A stretch of DNA of 64,000 nucleotides from Candidatus Hydrogenedentota bacterium (GTDB taxonomy: Bacteria; Hydrogenedentota; Hydrogenedentia; Hydrogenedentales; SLHB01). Both the position numbers and the translations under genes were made by a program. The stretch is taken from assembly GCA_963668025.2 (NCBI GenBank), contig CAXXTH010000010.1, positions 960,001-1,024,000 on the forward strand, in the 5' to 3' direction. The notes beneath the pieces were generated by a model, which saw only the letters and a program-made list of their open reading frames with translations, was not told where the DNA came from and ran no database searches. Below are positions 27,948-37,631 of this stretch, piece by piece. Within the stretch, counting starts at the first letter, position 1. Each line of letters opens with the position of its first letter.

Positions 27948-29858
27948 TCAAACACCATACTCTACATAGGGCGTATCAGTTTCACGGACACTCGATTCGG
28001 AGGTATCGGCGTGGATCGTCTCCTTCAGAATCCTCAGAAAAGTCTCATTTCTGCTTTCCGCGTCATTGATCAATGTCTCATATGTCAGAACATAGAGATC
28101 GACAAGGAAAGGTTCGCCGCCTTCTTCCAGATATATTGGCTGAGGTTTGTAGAACATTGTCCCAAGGCTGAACAGCTCCTTGAATCCGTCTTCTTTTAGA
28201 GAGAGTCGGAACTCAGCGTCAATATCCGTGATCCCATAAAACCATATCCTATTGATCTTGTTCGGGTAGTAGGCCAAGAGCCGCCTTGCCCTCTGGCGAA
28301 GCTGGCTGATAACTTCCTCTTTCCTGGCTAGCGCCACACCGTGCCTTTTGAGTTCAACAACAACGATATCCACCTTTGGAGAGTCCGACGGATTCCCCGA
28401 AAAGACAAGCGTCAGGTCTGGGCGACCATCATCATCCTCGTCGCCGACTACTGCAATCTCTGCAATAACCTTTGTCATTTCTTCGTCACTCAAGATTGTC
28501 GTGTAGCTCATGTACTTGTCATCAAGCATCCATACATTGTTGTTGTAGACATCGCTAGGGAGTGTTGTGGTTCGGAACGTCCGCCGACGCGGCACGATCA
28601 AGTCATGTAGTTCGCCTTCGGTGTTTGTGTCATCCGTTGCTTTGAGCTTGCGTATGATATGGGTCCTATACAGGATGTACTCCATAAGGACACGGGCTGA
28701 CACTTCAAGCGCTTTGTCATACTGCTCTTCATCAAGCTGACTACATTCGAGAATCTCCCTCTGATCCTTGAAGAAGCCTCTCTGCGCCATCTCAATTACC
28801 TCATTGCGGATTAGAAGTCCAACGCTTTCAGGCGGGAAGTATCCCTCAAGGTGTGGGTACTTCGTAGCAAGCTCGTCACGTATACGATTGTTGTGTTCCG
28901 GGATCCTCGGTATCTTATCTCGAAGAATGCGTCCTACTTCGCGCCGAAGGACTATCTTCAGTTCCTTTTCTCTAGTTGCATCAAGCATGACAACCTGTTG
29001 CCTGGCAGGGTCAGTTGCCCCCTGAAACAAGCCGGAAGTGAACAGGAATATGCCTTGATATCCATCAGGAACCTGGTCAGAACTGACAAGATTGTATCGT
29101 TGCGTCCTTCCGTCGATGCAGAGAGCAGTGAGGAGTGACTTCGGCTTCGCCAGGTCATTCTCGACGGCATAGTGGATCTCTATGTGTTCCGCAAGATCTA
29201 CTCCGGGGGCCTCGATTCTGGTTGTATGAAGCTCGGGTATATCGGCTGGCTTGAGGCTAAGAGCTATAGAGCAGAAATCGTGATCAGGATTTGGCGTTGC
29301 GGTATCCAGGGAAATGTTTATCACAAGTTCGCTGCCGCTAGACTTCTTCTGAAACAGAATAGGGAAAAAGTTTCCAATCAGGGACTCCCGGATCTTCGCG
29401 GGGACTAAGCAGTCATAGCTGTTGAGGCGTTCGCCAGCGAAATCTCCGAATGTCAGGGTTGTTCCGAAGTCTGTACAAGACGTTTGCTTAATATCTGAAT
29501 CACCGGAGAAGTCTCTTGTGAAACAGAAGAAACGCTTTTCGTTGCCTGCATATATGCTTTCAACTTCAACTTTGCGGAAATATACCAGGAAGACTAAGCG
29601 GCCGAGTCCTTTGTGATCTTCGTTAGCAGTTTCCAGGAGATAGGAGAACCTCCGAAAGTTGTCCTCAGTGAACCCCTCTCCATTGTCCGATATCTTCACG
29701 CGAAGGGTATCAGGGTGGTTGAAAGCTTTTATGGATATCTCGATGTTGATCTTCGTTGCGCCAGCGTCGAACGCGTTGGCCACCGCCTCGAGATAAACTT
29801 GCTCATAGGAAGGGTTAGGATAGAAATGGGATATCGCGTTTGACAGATTGACGTTCAT
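27948..29858 (-). CDS. GHKL (MORC/HATPase-like) ATPase fused to a putative PD-(D/E)xK nuclease
   Basis: EAVANAFDA, DNGEGF, KGLGRL, GTT motifs; C-terminal RPDL...VVVELKR. Confidence 0.75.
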   Translation of the reverse strand: MNVNLSNAISHFYPNPSYEQVYLEAVANAFDAGATKINIEISIKAFNHPDTLRVKISDNGEGFTEDNFRRFSYLLETANEDHKGLGRLVFLVYFRKVEVESIYAGNEKRFFCFTRDFSGDSDIKQTSCTDFGTTLTFGDFAGERLNSYDCLVPAKIRESLIGNFFPILFQKKSSGSELVINISLDTATPNPDHDFCSIALSLKPADIPELHTTRIEAPGVDLAEHIEIHYAVENDLAKPKSLLTALCIDGRTQRYNLVSSDQVPDGYQGIFLFTSGLFQGATDPARQQVVMLDATREKELKIVLRREVGRILRDKIPRIPEHNNRIRDELATKYPHLEGYFPPESVGLLIRNEVIEMAQRGFFKDQREILECSQLDEEQYDKALEVSARVLMEYILYRTHIIRKLKATDDTNTEGELHDLIVPRRRTFRTTTLPSDVYNNNVWMLDDKYMSYTTILSDEEMTKVIAEIAVVGDEDDDGRPDLTLVFSGNPSDSPKVDIVVVELKRHGVALARKEEVISQLRQRARRLLAYYPNKINRIWFYGITDIDAEFRLSLKEDGFKELFSLGTMFYKPQPIYLEEGGEPFLVDLYVLTYETLINDAESRNETFLRILKETIHADTSESSVRETDTPYVEYGV

Positions 29859-31207
29859 GCTTCCCTCCTTAGAACTGACTCGTGAGGATCTCTTGAGTTC
29901 CGCACGTCGATCTTGCCCGTTACCGCTGCCGAGATAAGAGCTGTGCGGTATTCGCGGAGCGCCTCAATGCCCTTCGAAATCCTCTCAGATGTACAGTCCG
30001 TATGTTCTGTGCCGGACGAAATCACATCCGCAATTGCTCTTTGCTCCTGGATGGGCGGCACTGCTAGCCAGAAGTTCCGAATGGTCTCAACATTCACGTG
30101 TGGCGAAGTGGCCCCGATCACATCCTGTTCAGCCTGCCGGTAGACTATCGAAGCATTCAGTTGCCACATCAGGAAATCGGACTTCACTATTCCGGATAAT
30201 GCGCGAAACAGCATCATTCGTTGGGAAATGCACACCTCACAGCCGATAGGAACAAGTGCCGCCATTCCAAAGCGCTCGCCTTCACGGCTGTAAACGATGT
30301 CCATCGGCTTTGGTTTCAATCTGGATATTTGCCTACGGAAACTCTCCTCATCAACGCGACGGGCATCTTTCAGGTCGAGTCTTCCTGGACTCACGTCCGC
30401 TGTACGAATCGCTGGATAGGCGCCATCTTCAATGTAATCTGGCGTTGCATGGATGCAGTCAACTATATGTGAAGTGACATGCTTCAGGCGTTTTCGCTCC
30501 CAATGCGCCGGAATCTGGCCGAGCCATTCGATGCCGGAGTCTTTCATGGGGGCGTTGGGGTTGAGGCCTTTGGTGACGGCGTGGGAGATGAGGGCGGCGC
30601 GCTTTTCCTGGAGTAATTCGATCTGCCGCCGTTTCTTCTCGATCAACGCATCGATCCGCGCCGTCTCGCGGTCCAGAAACGCTGCGATGGCGCGTTGCTC
30701 GTCAAGCGGGGGTATGAGCGCGGGCAGATTACCGATGAAGTCCCAGTTCGCACGGGGCATCTTCGCCCCGTAGGTGGATGAATCTACAACTGAGACGAAG
30801 TCCGTATTAAGCATATAGCCCAGGAGGAACCTCTGGATGACATACTGCGGACGCAGGACGAGAAGCTCACCTGTACAGACACCATCCGAATCGGCAGCAT
30901 ACGCCTTGGCCAGATAAGGACGGAGCTTACCGAAGAGCACATCGCCGCGCCGGTACAGGTTTGCCTCTCCCTCACTTGTTGACTCTCCATTGGGGGTGAA
31001 CCGTTTGCCGGTCCATGACTCGATGTGCTCGAGCCCAGTGTAAGGTAGGTCGTTGTCTGCACCATCAACCTTCACGTTTACAAGATCAGCGGTGTACTTG
31101 AGACGCCGGACCTCCCAATGTTCCGGTACGTCGCCAAGCCAGGCCACGCCAGACGGCTTATACGTCGGGTAGGTTGCGCGTTTGTGTTTTCTTGCCCTTG
31201 CGGTCAT
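29855..31207 (-). CDS. hsdS: Type I RM specificity subunit S
   Basis: Two conserved repeats (SGVAWLGDVPEHW / SGIEWLGQIPAHW; PPLDEQRAI / PPIQEQRAI; ALISHAVTKG / ALISAAVTGK) flanking two TRDs. Confidence 0.95.
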   Translation of the reverse strand: MTARARKHKRATYPTYKPSGVAWLGDVPEHWEVRRLKYTADLVNVKVDGADNDLPYTGLEHIESWTGKRFTPNGESTSEGEANLYRRGDVLFGKLRPYLAKAYAADSDGVCTGELLVLRPQYVIQRFLLGYMLNTDFVSVVDSSTYGAKMPRANWDFIGNLPALIPPLDEQRAIAAFLDRETARIDALIEKKRRQIELLQEKRAALISHAVTKGLNPNAPMKDSGIEWLGQIPAHWERKRLKHVTSHIVDCIHATPDYIEDGAYPAIRTADVSPGRLDLKDARRVDEESFRRQISRLKPKPMDIVYSREGERFGMAALVPIGCEVCISQRMMLFRALSGIVKSDFLMWQLNASIVYRQAEQDVIGATSPHVNVETIRNFWLAVPPIQEQRAIADVISSGTEHTDCTSERISKGIEALREYRTALISAAVTGKIDVRNSRDPHESVLRREA

Positions 31208-32310
31208 CACGGCTTGCCCCCCTTGCGCCGATCTGGTTTCAGGTCTTTGGCCTGACCTTTACTCTTGGCCGGTTGTTTTCTCCGCTTGTTCTCCAGCGTT
31301 TTAGCGGAGTTCCGCAAGTCGTCCACATACCGCGTCTCGGCCTCTTCCTCCGCCTCGAGCCGCCGCCGCTCGGCGAAGGCATCGTACTGTCCCTCTGCCC
31401 ATTCGATGGCCGCTTCGCGGCTGACTTTGCCTGGCCCCGCGAGCACAGGAAGTTCCGTATCATTCAAAAACTTGTCGAGGAACGCTTCCCAGTCGCGCAT
31501 GCGGATATCCTGTCGCCGCTGGGCGCGGAATTCGGCCTGGTCGAGGAACATGACCGTGATGCGGTTTAGCGTGTCGATTTCTTTCGCGTCAAGGTAGTTC
31601 TTCGCGGTGGCGGCATCCCGCTTGAGCACCCGACCGCCTTTCCACGAGGCCAGGCCCATGTTGGCCTTTTCGGCGTCGGCGCGCCTGCGGATGATCTCTG
31701 CCGCCGTCAAGCCTGTCGCCGCGTAGTGGACCTTATTCTGCATGGTGGCGAAGAAGACTTGCGTTTCCTGTTCGCCTTCGCGGTAATCGCAAGCCAGTGC
31801 GAAGATCTCCCGAATGCGCTGGTATACCCGCGCCTCGCTGGCGCGAATCTCGCGGATACGGGCCAGCAACTCGTCAAAGTAGTCCGCCAGCCCTTTGCCA
31901 CCCTTAAGCCGTTCATCGTCGAGCGCAAACCCTTTGACCAGATACTCGCTCAACCGCGCCGTGGCCCACTGGCGGAACTGAATGCCGCGCGGGCTTTGAA
32001 CTCGGTAGCCAACGGCTAAAATTGCCTCCAAACTGTAGTGGAACACCTTCCGGGAGACCTGGCGCGAACCCTCGTTTCGAACGATTAAGTATTCCTTAAT
32101 AGTTGCCGCCTCATCCAACTCCCGGTCGGCGTAAATGTTTCTCAAATGGATATTTACATTTGGAACGGATGTCTGGTACAAGTCGGCCATCTGCTGTTGG
32201 GAGAGCCAGACGGTCTCGCCTTCAAGGAGCACGCGGATCTGGTTGCCGCCTCCTTCGAGCTGATAGACGATAATCTCACCGCTGGGGCGAGTGGCGTCTG
32301 ATTCGCTCAT
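31207..32310 (-). CDS. rhuM: RhuM-family protein
   Basis: ETVWLSQQQMADLYQTS, VGYRV.S.RG.QFRQWAT, YFDELLARIREIRASE, AKNYL. Confidence 0.88.
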   Translation of the reverse strand: MSESDATRPSGEIIVYQLEGGGNQIRVLLEGETVWLSQQQMADLYQTSVPNVNIHLRNIYADRELDEAATIKEYLIVRNEGSRQVSRKVFHYSLEAILAVGYRVQSPRGIQFRQWATARLSEYLVKGFALDDERLKGGKGLADYFDELLARIREIRASEARVYQRIREIFALACDYREGEQETQVFFATMQNKVHYAATGLTAAEIIRRRADAEKANMGLASWKGGRVLKRDAATAKNYLDAKEIDTLNRITVMFLDQAEFRAQRRQDIRMRDWEAFLDKFLNDTELPVLAGPGKVSREAAIEWAEGQYDAFAERRRLEAEEEAETRYVDDLRNSAKTLENKRRKQPAKSKGQAKDLKPDRRKGGKP

Positions 32311-34319
32311 TCCGTCATCTCCGCAAGCATGTCGGCGATCTCCCGCTCGATCTTTTTCAGGTCGGCTTCGATCTCCTCCAGCGGCCTCGGCGGGGTGTAT
32401 TTGTAGAAATAGCGATTGAAGTTGATTTCGTAGCCGAGCTTGGTCTTTGACTCGTCCACCCAGGCGCCGGGCACATGCGGCAAGACCTCGCGCCGCATGT
32501 ATTCGTCCACGTCTTCCTTGAGCGGGACATTCTCATTGTCGCGCAGCTCCGGATCGGGCTCCGGGTTGCCCTTGACGTCTGTGCAGATGTCGGCCGTTTC
32601 ATCGCGTTCGGCCAGGGCCATGAGGAGCGCCTTGAACAGCGCGGCGGGCACATTAACGTCGGCCTTCCTGAACGCGGCCTTCATTCGCTTGGTGAACGCT
32701 TCGCGGTTCTTAACGATGCCTTGTCCGGCGAGTGCGCCGAGAGCGGAGAGGATGGTCTCCTGCTGCTTGCGGCCCGCCTCAATCTCGGCCTGGGCAGCCT
32801 TGGAGTCCTTGCGCTTCTTGCTCGTGGCGAGATTGGCGAAGGCCGAAGTCTCCTTCAGTCCTTCGCAACGTTCCTTGTTCACTGCGAAGTTGAGGCGGAG
32901 CGGACGTTCGACCGTGATGCGTTGGTAACCGAAATCTTCGTTGTCGAACACCCTGATATAGTCACTTTTGCTGCCGCTTCCATAGAGCCGGGTGATGTCA
33001 TCGCGTTGCTGCTCGCAGATCTCATTACGCTTGTTGCCCAAGCTCTTGCGCATCTTCTTGAAGAAGCTAGTGCCGTCCACAAGCCGGATCTTACCCTTGC
33101 GGCCGGGTTCCTTGCGGTTGGTGACAATCCAGAGATAGGTGTAAATGCCGGTGTTGTAAAAGAGCTGGTCGGGCAGGGCCACGATGGCCTCCAGCCAGTC
33201 GTTCTCGATGATCCAGCGGCGAATCTCGCTTTCGCCCGAACCCGCCGAGCCGGTGAAAAGGGGAGAGCCATTGAAGACGATGGCTAAACGCGTACCCCCT
33301 TCTTTAGGGTCCTTCATCTTGCTGATCATGTGCTGCAGGAAGAGTAGGGAGCCGTCATTGATGCGCGGCAGCCCCGCGCCGAACCGGCCGGCGAAACCTT
33401 GTTCCTCGTTCTCTCGCTTGATGTAGTCCGCCTCGGGCTTCCACTCCACCCCAAAGGGCGGATTGGCCAGCATGTAGTCGAACCTATGGCGAGGGAAGCG
33501 GTCGTCGGTGAAGATGTCGCCAAAGGCGATATGGTCGATATTCTGGCCTTTGAGCATCATGTCCGAGCCACAGATGGCGTAGGCCTGGGCGTTGTAGTCC
33601 TGGCCGAAGACTTCGAGTTGAGCATCGGGATTGAGCTCTCGCACATAGTCCTCGGCAACGGACAGCATGCCGCCGGTTCCGCAGGCCGGGTCATAGAGCG
33701 TCTTGACGATGCCCTTGGTGGTGAGCACGTCGCTGTCCGGCATGAAGATGAGGTTGACCATGAGACGGATCACTTCCCGCGGGGTGAAGTGATCACCTGC
33801 CTCCTCGTTCGATGCCTCATTGAACCGCCGAATGAGTTCTTCGAAGATGTAGCCCATCTCGATGTTGGATACGACATTCGGGTGGAGGTTGATTTCGCAG
33901 AAGCGCCGAACGACCAGAAACAGACGATCCGCCTTGTCGAGTTTGCCAATGTGTTCCTCGAAGCCGAAATGTTCGATGATCTCACGGGCGCGGGCGGAGA
34001 AACCCTTGAGATAGTTGGTGAGGTTGGCGGCGATGTTGTTCGGGTCGCCCTTGAGTTTCTCGAAGGTGTAGCGGCTGGTGTTGTAGAACGGCACGCCCGT
34101 GACGCGGCAGAGGATGGGATCGACGTTCTTAACCTTGCCGCCCAAGAGTTTCTTCTGCTGTTCGAGCACCTTGTCTTTCGTAGGTTCCAGCACACAATCC
34201 AGCCGCCGAAGCACCGTCAGCGGCAGCATCACGTCTTTGTACTGATTTGGACGGTACGGTCCGCGCAAGAGATCGGCGACCGACCAGATGAAACTTACTT
34301 TCTCACCGAAATTGTTCAT
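32307..34319 (-). CDS. hsdM: Type I RM N6-adenine methyltransferase subunit M
   Basis: FTPREV, YDPACGTGG, NPPF, FNGSPLF, GYEINFNRYFY. Confidence 0.96.
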   Translation of the reverse strand: MNNFGEKVSFIWSVADLLRGPYRPNQYKDVMLPLTVLRRLDCVLEPTKDKVLEQQKKLLGGKVKNVDPILCRVTGVPFYNTSRYTFEKLKGDPNNIAANLTNYLKGFSARAREIIEHFGFEEHIGKLDKADRLFLVVRRFCEINLHPNVVSNIEMGYIFEELIRRFNEASNEEAGDHFTPREVIRLMVNLIFMPDSDVLTTKGIVKTLYDPACGTGGMLSVAEDYVRELNPDAQLEVFGQDYNAQAYAICGSDMMLKGQNIDHIAFGDIFTDDRFPRHRFDYMLANPPFGVEWKPEADYIKRENEEQGFAGRFGAGLPRINDGSLLFLQHMISKMKDPKEGGTRLAIVFNGSPLFTGSAGSGESEIRRWIIENDWLEAIVALPDQLFYNTGIYTYLWIVTNRKEPGRKGKIRLVDGTSFFKKMRKSLGNKRNEICEQQRDDITRLYGSGSKSDYIRVFDNEDFGYQRITVERPLRLNFAVNKERCEGLKETSAFANLATSKKRKDSKAAQAEIEAGRKQQETILSALGALAGQGIVKNREAFTKRMKAAFRKADVNVPAALFKALLMALAERDETADICTDVKGNPEPDPELRDNENVPLKEDVDEYMRREVLPHVPGAWVDESKTKLGYEINFNRYFYKYTPPRPLEEIEADLKKIEREIADMLAEMTE

Positions 34320-34753
34320 GGCTAATCCTGGTTTTCATCCATGCCCGGGTTCGCCGAATCCATCTCGCCGACAGACCGGATGAGCATGTGTCGGTTGCTC
34401 GTCTTCCCCGCAGAAAGCTTCCAGTTGGGCTTTGGTGAGCTCCGTGAGCGCAGGTTTCCCGATTCGCGAATGCCCGGTGGCGCGCTCACATCCGTTTCAT
34501 TTGTTCTCACGCATAATCCCCCCACGTAAGCGCCTCGGATGCCACTGGGATCAACGGTGGGATCATCCACCCATCGAAGGTTACTATGGCACAGAACAGT
34601 AATGTAAAGTCAAGAGTGCCCTAATGTTATATCTTGGGCAGGCCCGAATCCATCAGCGGTGAAGAACCGCTTTTTTTTCGCGTAGAAGCAGTTGAATGAG
34701 TTGAGGATGCGCCGGTGCGGGGAGTTTTTTCTTCGCATCGGCGCTTTTTTTTG

Positions 34754-34789
34754 TTGACTTCTGGTACGGAAGTATATATACTTCCGTAC
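34754..34789 (+). promoter_or_regulatory. IS promoter overlapped by a perfect 26-bp palindrome
   Basis: TTGACT-17 bp-TATACT; GTACGGAAGTATATATACTTCCGTAC (34764-34789) abuts the ATG at 34790. Confidence 0.75.
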
Positions 34790-35353
34790 ATGGAAGGGAA
34801 ACCTGTCACGAACTCGGCGGGACGCAAGGTCCAGGCGCGCCTGGCGCGTCTGGGGCCCTTTCTTCCCGCCACGCTCACCATCACCCGCAGCCGCTGCGGG
34901 AACCCGCGCTGCCGGTGCGTCCAGGAAGGGCCGATCCATGAAACGGCCCTGCTGACGTGGAAGGAGGGCGGGAAGACCCGCACCCTCCACGTGCCCCGTG
35001 AATTGCGCCGCGAAGTGGCGCAATGGATTGAGGAATGGAAAAAGCTCAAGAAGCTCGTCCGAGGCCATGGGGCGCGGCCCAACGGCAGTTCCTGCAAACC
35101 CGCAAGAAGAGCATCCGGAAATCATCCGGGCCTTCTTGAGGACGTTCACCCACTTCTTTGGCCCGGTGCGCAAGCGCTTTGCGGGCTTGCCCGATCCCCG
35201 CAAACCCGAGCAAGCCGGCGACGTGGACTACAGTGTCGCGTCGCTGGTGTTCTTGGGAGTGCTGATGTTCGCATGCCGGCTCGGGGCGCGCCGGCAAGTC
35301 CGCCTGCAGTTGTACACGACGTTCATGGTCCATCTGTACAAGGTCTTGTTTGA
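34790..35353 (+). CDS. DUF6788-like small Cys/His protein of the IS (3' end possibly frameshifted)
   Basis: RCGNPRCRC...GPIH...GKTRTLHVP...WKKLKKL; a natural-looking tail QRQFLQTRKKSIRKSSGPS* lies in another frame ending at 35139. Confidence 0.6.
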   Translation: MEGKPVTNSAGRKVQARLARLGPFLPATLTITRSRCGNPRCRCVQEGPIHETALLTWKEGGKTRTLHVPRELRREVAQWIEEWKKLKKLVRGHGARPNGSSCKPARRASGNHPGLLEDVHPLLWPGAQALCGLARSPQTRASRRRGLQCRVAGVLGSADVRMPARGAPASPPAVVHDVHGPSVQGLV

Positions 35354-36473
35354 CGTGGACAGCGTGCCGCATGGCGATACGATGAACGGGGTATTTCGCG
35401 GTTTGCCGTTCGAGGCGGTCCAGGAACTCGTTTCCGGCATGACGCAGACGCTCATCGACAAGAAGGTGTTGTACCCCCACCGCCTGTTCGGGCGCTACTA
35501 CGTGGCGGCCATCGACGCCACGGGGACACGCAGTTATGATCATCGCCACTGCGCCCATTGCCTCACGCGCAAGCACAAGAGCGGCAAGATCACCTACTAC
35601 CATCCCGTGCTGGAGTCCAAGATCGTCACGCCAAACGGGTGGGTCTTTTCGCTCATGACGGAGTTCATTGAGAATCCAGAGAAAGACCTGGCGAAAAGCG
35701 AGCAACAACGCAAGCAGGATTGCGAGACCAAAGCCTTCTACCGGCTGGCCCCACGCCTGCATGCCCGATTCCCCCGCTTGCCGCTGCTGTTGGCGATGGA
35801 CGGCCTGTACGCCACGGGACCGGTGTTTCGGCTGTGCCAGCAATATGGCTGGAAGTTCATGATTACGCTCACGGACGGCCAATTGGCCACCGTGAACGAA
35901 GAATTCGAGAGCCTCGCGGCCGCGACGCCCGAAAACCAGCTTACGTGGCGTTGCGGCAACAAGAAGGAAATCCACCAGCAGTTTCGCTGGGTCAACGACA
36001 TCCCCTACCGCGATTCCGAGCGGCGTGAACACATCCTGTCCGTGCTCGAATGCGTGGACACCCGCCCGGACGCGGAAGGCATGATAAAGAAAACCAAGTT
36101 CAAATGGGTGACCAACGTATCCGTATCCGCGCACAATGCGGCCGCCTTGGCCAATGAAGGAGGACGCTTACGCTGGAAGATTGAAAATGAAGCATTCAAC
36201 GTGCAGAAAAACGGCGGCTACAACCTCGAACACGCCTATACCCAAAACGAACAGGCCAGTAAGATCTACTACCTCTTGATGCAGATAGCCCATCTGCTCA
36301 TGCAACTCCTGGAGGATGGCAGCCTTCTGGCCGCCCACTTTCCAAAAGGCTTTGGCTCCGCCAGAAACCTTGCCCATCGCCTCCTCGAAGCCCTGCGCAA
36401 CGCCACCCTGTCCCGCGAACAATATGACGCCCTCTGCACCGAGGCCATCCAGATCCGCTTCAGTTCCGCATAG
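35067..36473 (+). CDS. DDE transposase
   Basis: AIDATG, KQDCETKAFYRL, MDGLYA, GRLRWKIENEAFNVQKNGGYNLEH; start uncertain (34998-35067). Confidence 0.88.
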   Translation: MGRGPTAVPANPQEEHPEIIRAFLRTFTHFFGPVRKRFAGLPDPRKPEQAGDVDYSVASLVFLGVLMFACRLGARRQVRLQLYTTFMVHLYKVLFDVDSVPHGDTMNGVFRGLPFEAVQELVSGMTQTLIDKKVLYPHRLFGRYYVAAIDATGTRSYDHRHCAHCLTRKHKSGKITYYHPVLESKIVTPNGWVFSLMTEFIENPEKDLAKSEQQRKQDCETKAFYRLAPRLHARFPRLPLLLAMDGLYATGPVFRLCQQYGWKFMITLTDGQLATVNEEFESLAAATPENQLTWRCGNKKEIHQQFRWVNDIPYRDSERREHILSVLECVDTRPDAEGMIKKTKFKWVTNVSVSAHNAAALANEGGRLRWKIENEAFNVQKNGGYNLEHAYTQNEQASKIYYLLMQIAHLLMQLLEDGSLLAAHFPKGFGSARNLAHRLLEALRNATLSREQYDALCTEAIQIRFSSA

Positions 36474-36739
36474 GGCGCCCGCGCGTTCCCGGTTGCGCCG
36501 CCGCCCTACACGTCTCGCCCATCCATTCACCGGCTTTACGCACAGCCGCTGCCCCTCCTGTCGCCTGTCGGCCTCGCCACCCCCCGTCTAACCCGCATCA
36601 CCTCAACGCCTGACCCTGGGGCGCCGCTATTCTTCACCGCTGCGAATCCATTCGTCTGTTTGCCATTATGGGAGAATTCATGTAAACTAACTCCCTTTAG
36701 GGACATAGAGAAAAATCCACTTTTAAGATGGGAGTACGC

Positions 36740-37618
36740 ATGACACGCAGCATGACTGGTTTTGGCAAGGCCGATGGGTCTTTCGGCGGGCAGTTCATCG
36801 TTGTTGAAGTCGCGGCGGTAAACCATCGTTATCTGGATATGAGCACCCGTATTCCTAACGGCTGGGCCGCGCTCGAGCCGGAGATCAAGCAGTTTCTGCG
36901 TAACGCGGTGTCGCGCGGCAAGTTGTGCGTGACGATCAGCAGGAAACGGGCGCCTGGTGAAGGCGCCAAAATCCGTTTCGACGCGGAAACGGCAAGGCAG
37001 TATGTCGATGCGTCGAAGGAATTAACCAGCCTGCTGGGCGGGTATGAGAATCTGTCCGTCAATGTGCTGGCCCAATTGGAAGGCGTGTTTATACAGGAAG
37101 AACCTGAAGAAGACCTGGAAGCCGTGAAGGAATGCCTTTTAGGCATTATAGGCGAAGCGCTGGCCAGGCTGGACACCATGCGCGCCAATGAAGGCGCGGC
37201 GCTCGCCGTGGATATCCGGGAGCGGGTGCAGCTTATCCGGAACAGTCTTAGCGCTATCGAGGCCCGGCTGCCGGATTTAAACGCCCAGCATGAAGCGCGC
37301 CTGCGCGCTCGGATCCAGGAATTGGCGGTGGATCTTTCGCTTACGGAAGAGCGCATCGCCATTGAGGTGGCCTTGCTGGCCGAAAAAGCGGATGTGACGG
37401 AAGAAGTGGTGCGCTTGAAAACCCATTTGGAGCATCTGGAAGAGCTGATGGGCTCAGCAGAACCCGTGGGCCGCCGGGTGGACTTTTTGCTTCAGGAGAT
37501 TCAACGCGAGATTAATACGCTGGGTGTAAAAACACGCGATTGCGATGTCTCTAAAGATGTCCTGACCATGAAGGCGGAGCTCGAAAAGGTTCGCGAGCAA
37601 GTGCAGAACATTGAATGA
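36740..37618 (+). CDS. yicC: YicC/YloC-family endoribonuclease
   Basis: SMTGFG, VNHRYLD, RGK, DVTEEVVRL..H, GRRVDFLLQEIQREINTLGVK, EKVREQVQNIE. Confidence 0.95.
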   Translation: MTRSMTGFGKADGSFGGQFIVVEVAAVNHRYLDMSTRIPNGWAALEPEIKQFLRNAVSRGKLCVTISRKRAPGEGAKIRFDAETARQYVDASKELTSLLGGYENLSVNVLAQLEGVFIQEEPEEDLEAVKECLLGIIGEALARLDTMRANEGAALAVDIRERVQLIRNSLSAIEARLPDLNAQHEARLRARIQELAVDLSLTEERIAIEVALLAEKADVTEEVVRLKTHLEHLEELMGSAEPVGRRVDFLLQEIQREINTLGVKTRDCDVSKDVLTMKAELEKVREQVQNIE

Positions 37619-37631
37619 AGGCCCCTTCACG

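Larger units (their letters stand above)
23634..34653 (-). other. tRNA-adjacent defence islet (type I RM plus cargo)
   Basis: Minus-strand RM and cargo block between tRNA-Arg and core yicC; no integrase or tRNA 3' duplication seen, so boundaries are approximate. Confidence 0.55.
34654..36642 (+). mobile_element. Insertion sequence, 1989 bp (DDE, ISNCY/ISAs1-like)
   Basis: 13-bp IRs CAGCGGTGAAGAA (34654-34666 and 36630-36642); 9-bp TSD CGAATCCAT (34645-34653 and 36643-36651). Confidence 0.92.

Noticed and set aside
27820-27951. N-terminal extension of the RAYT in the ORF track
   Set aside because: The region is the hsdR::hsdS scar read in another frame; the RBS supports 27819.
34322-34653. 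Integrase, excisionase or attR at the far end of the islet
   Set aside because: No tRNA 3' duplication and no recognisable motif in the 82-aa ORF.
35046-36134. Long antisense ORFs (also 26237-27355, 5877-6947, 38189-39133, 11139-12278)
   Set aside because: Shadow frames of well-supported genes in GC-rich DNA, with no motifs.
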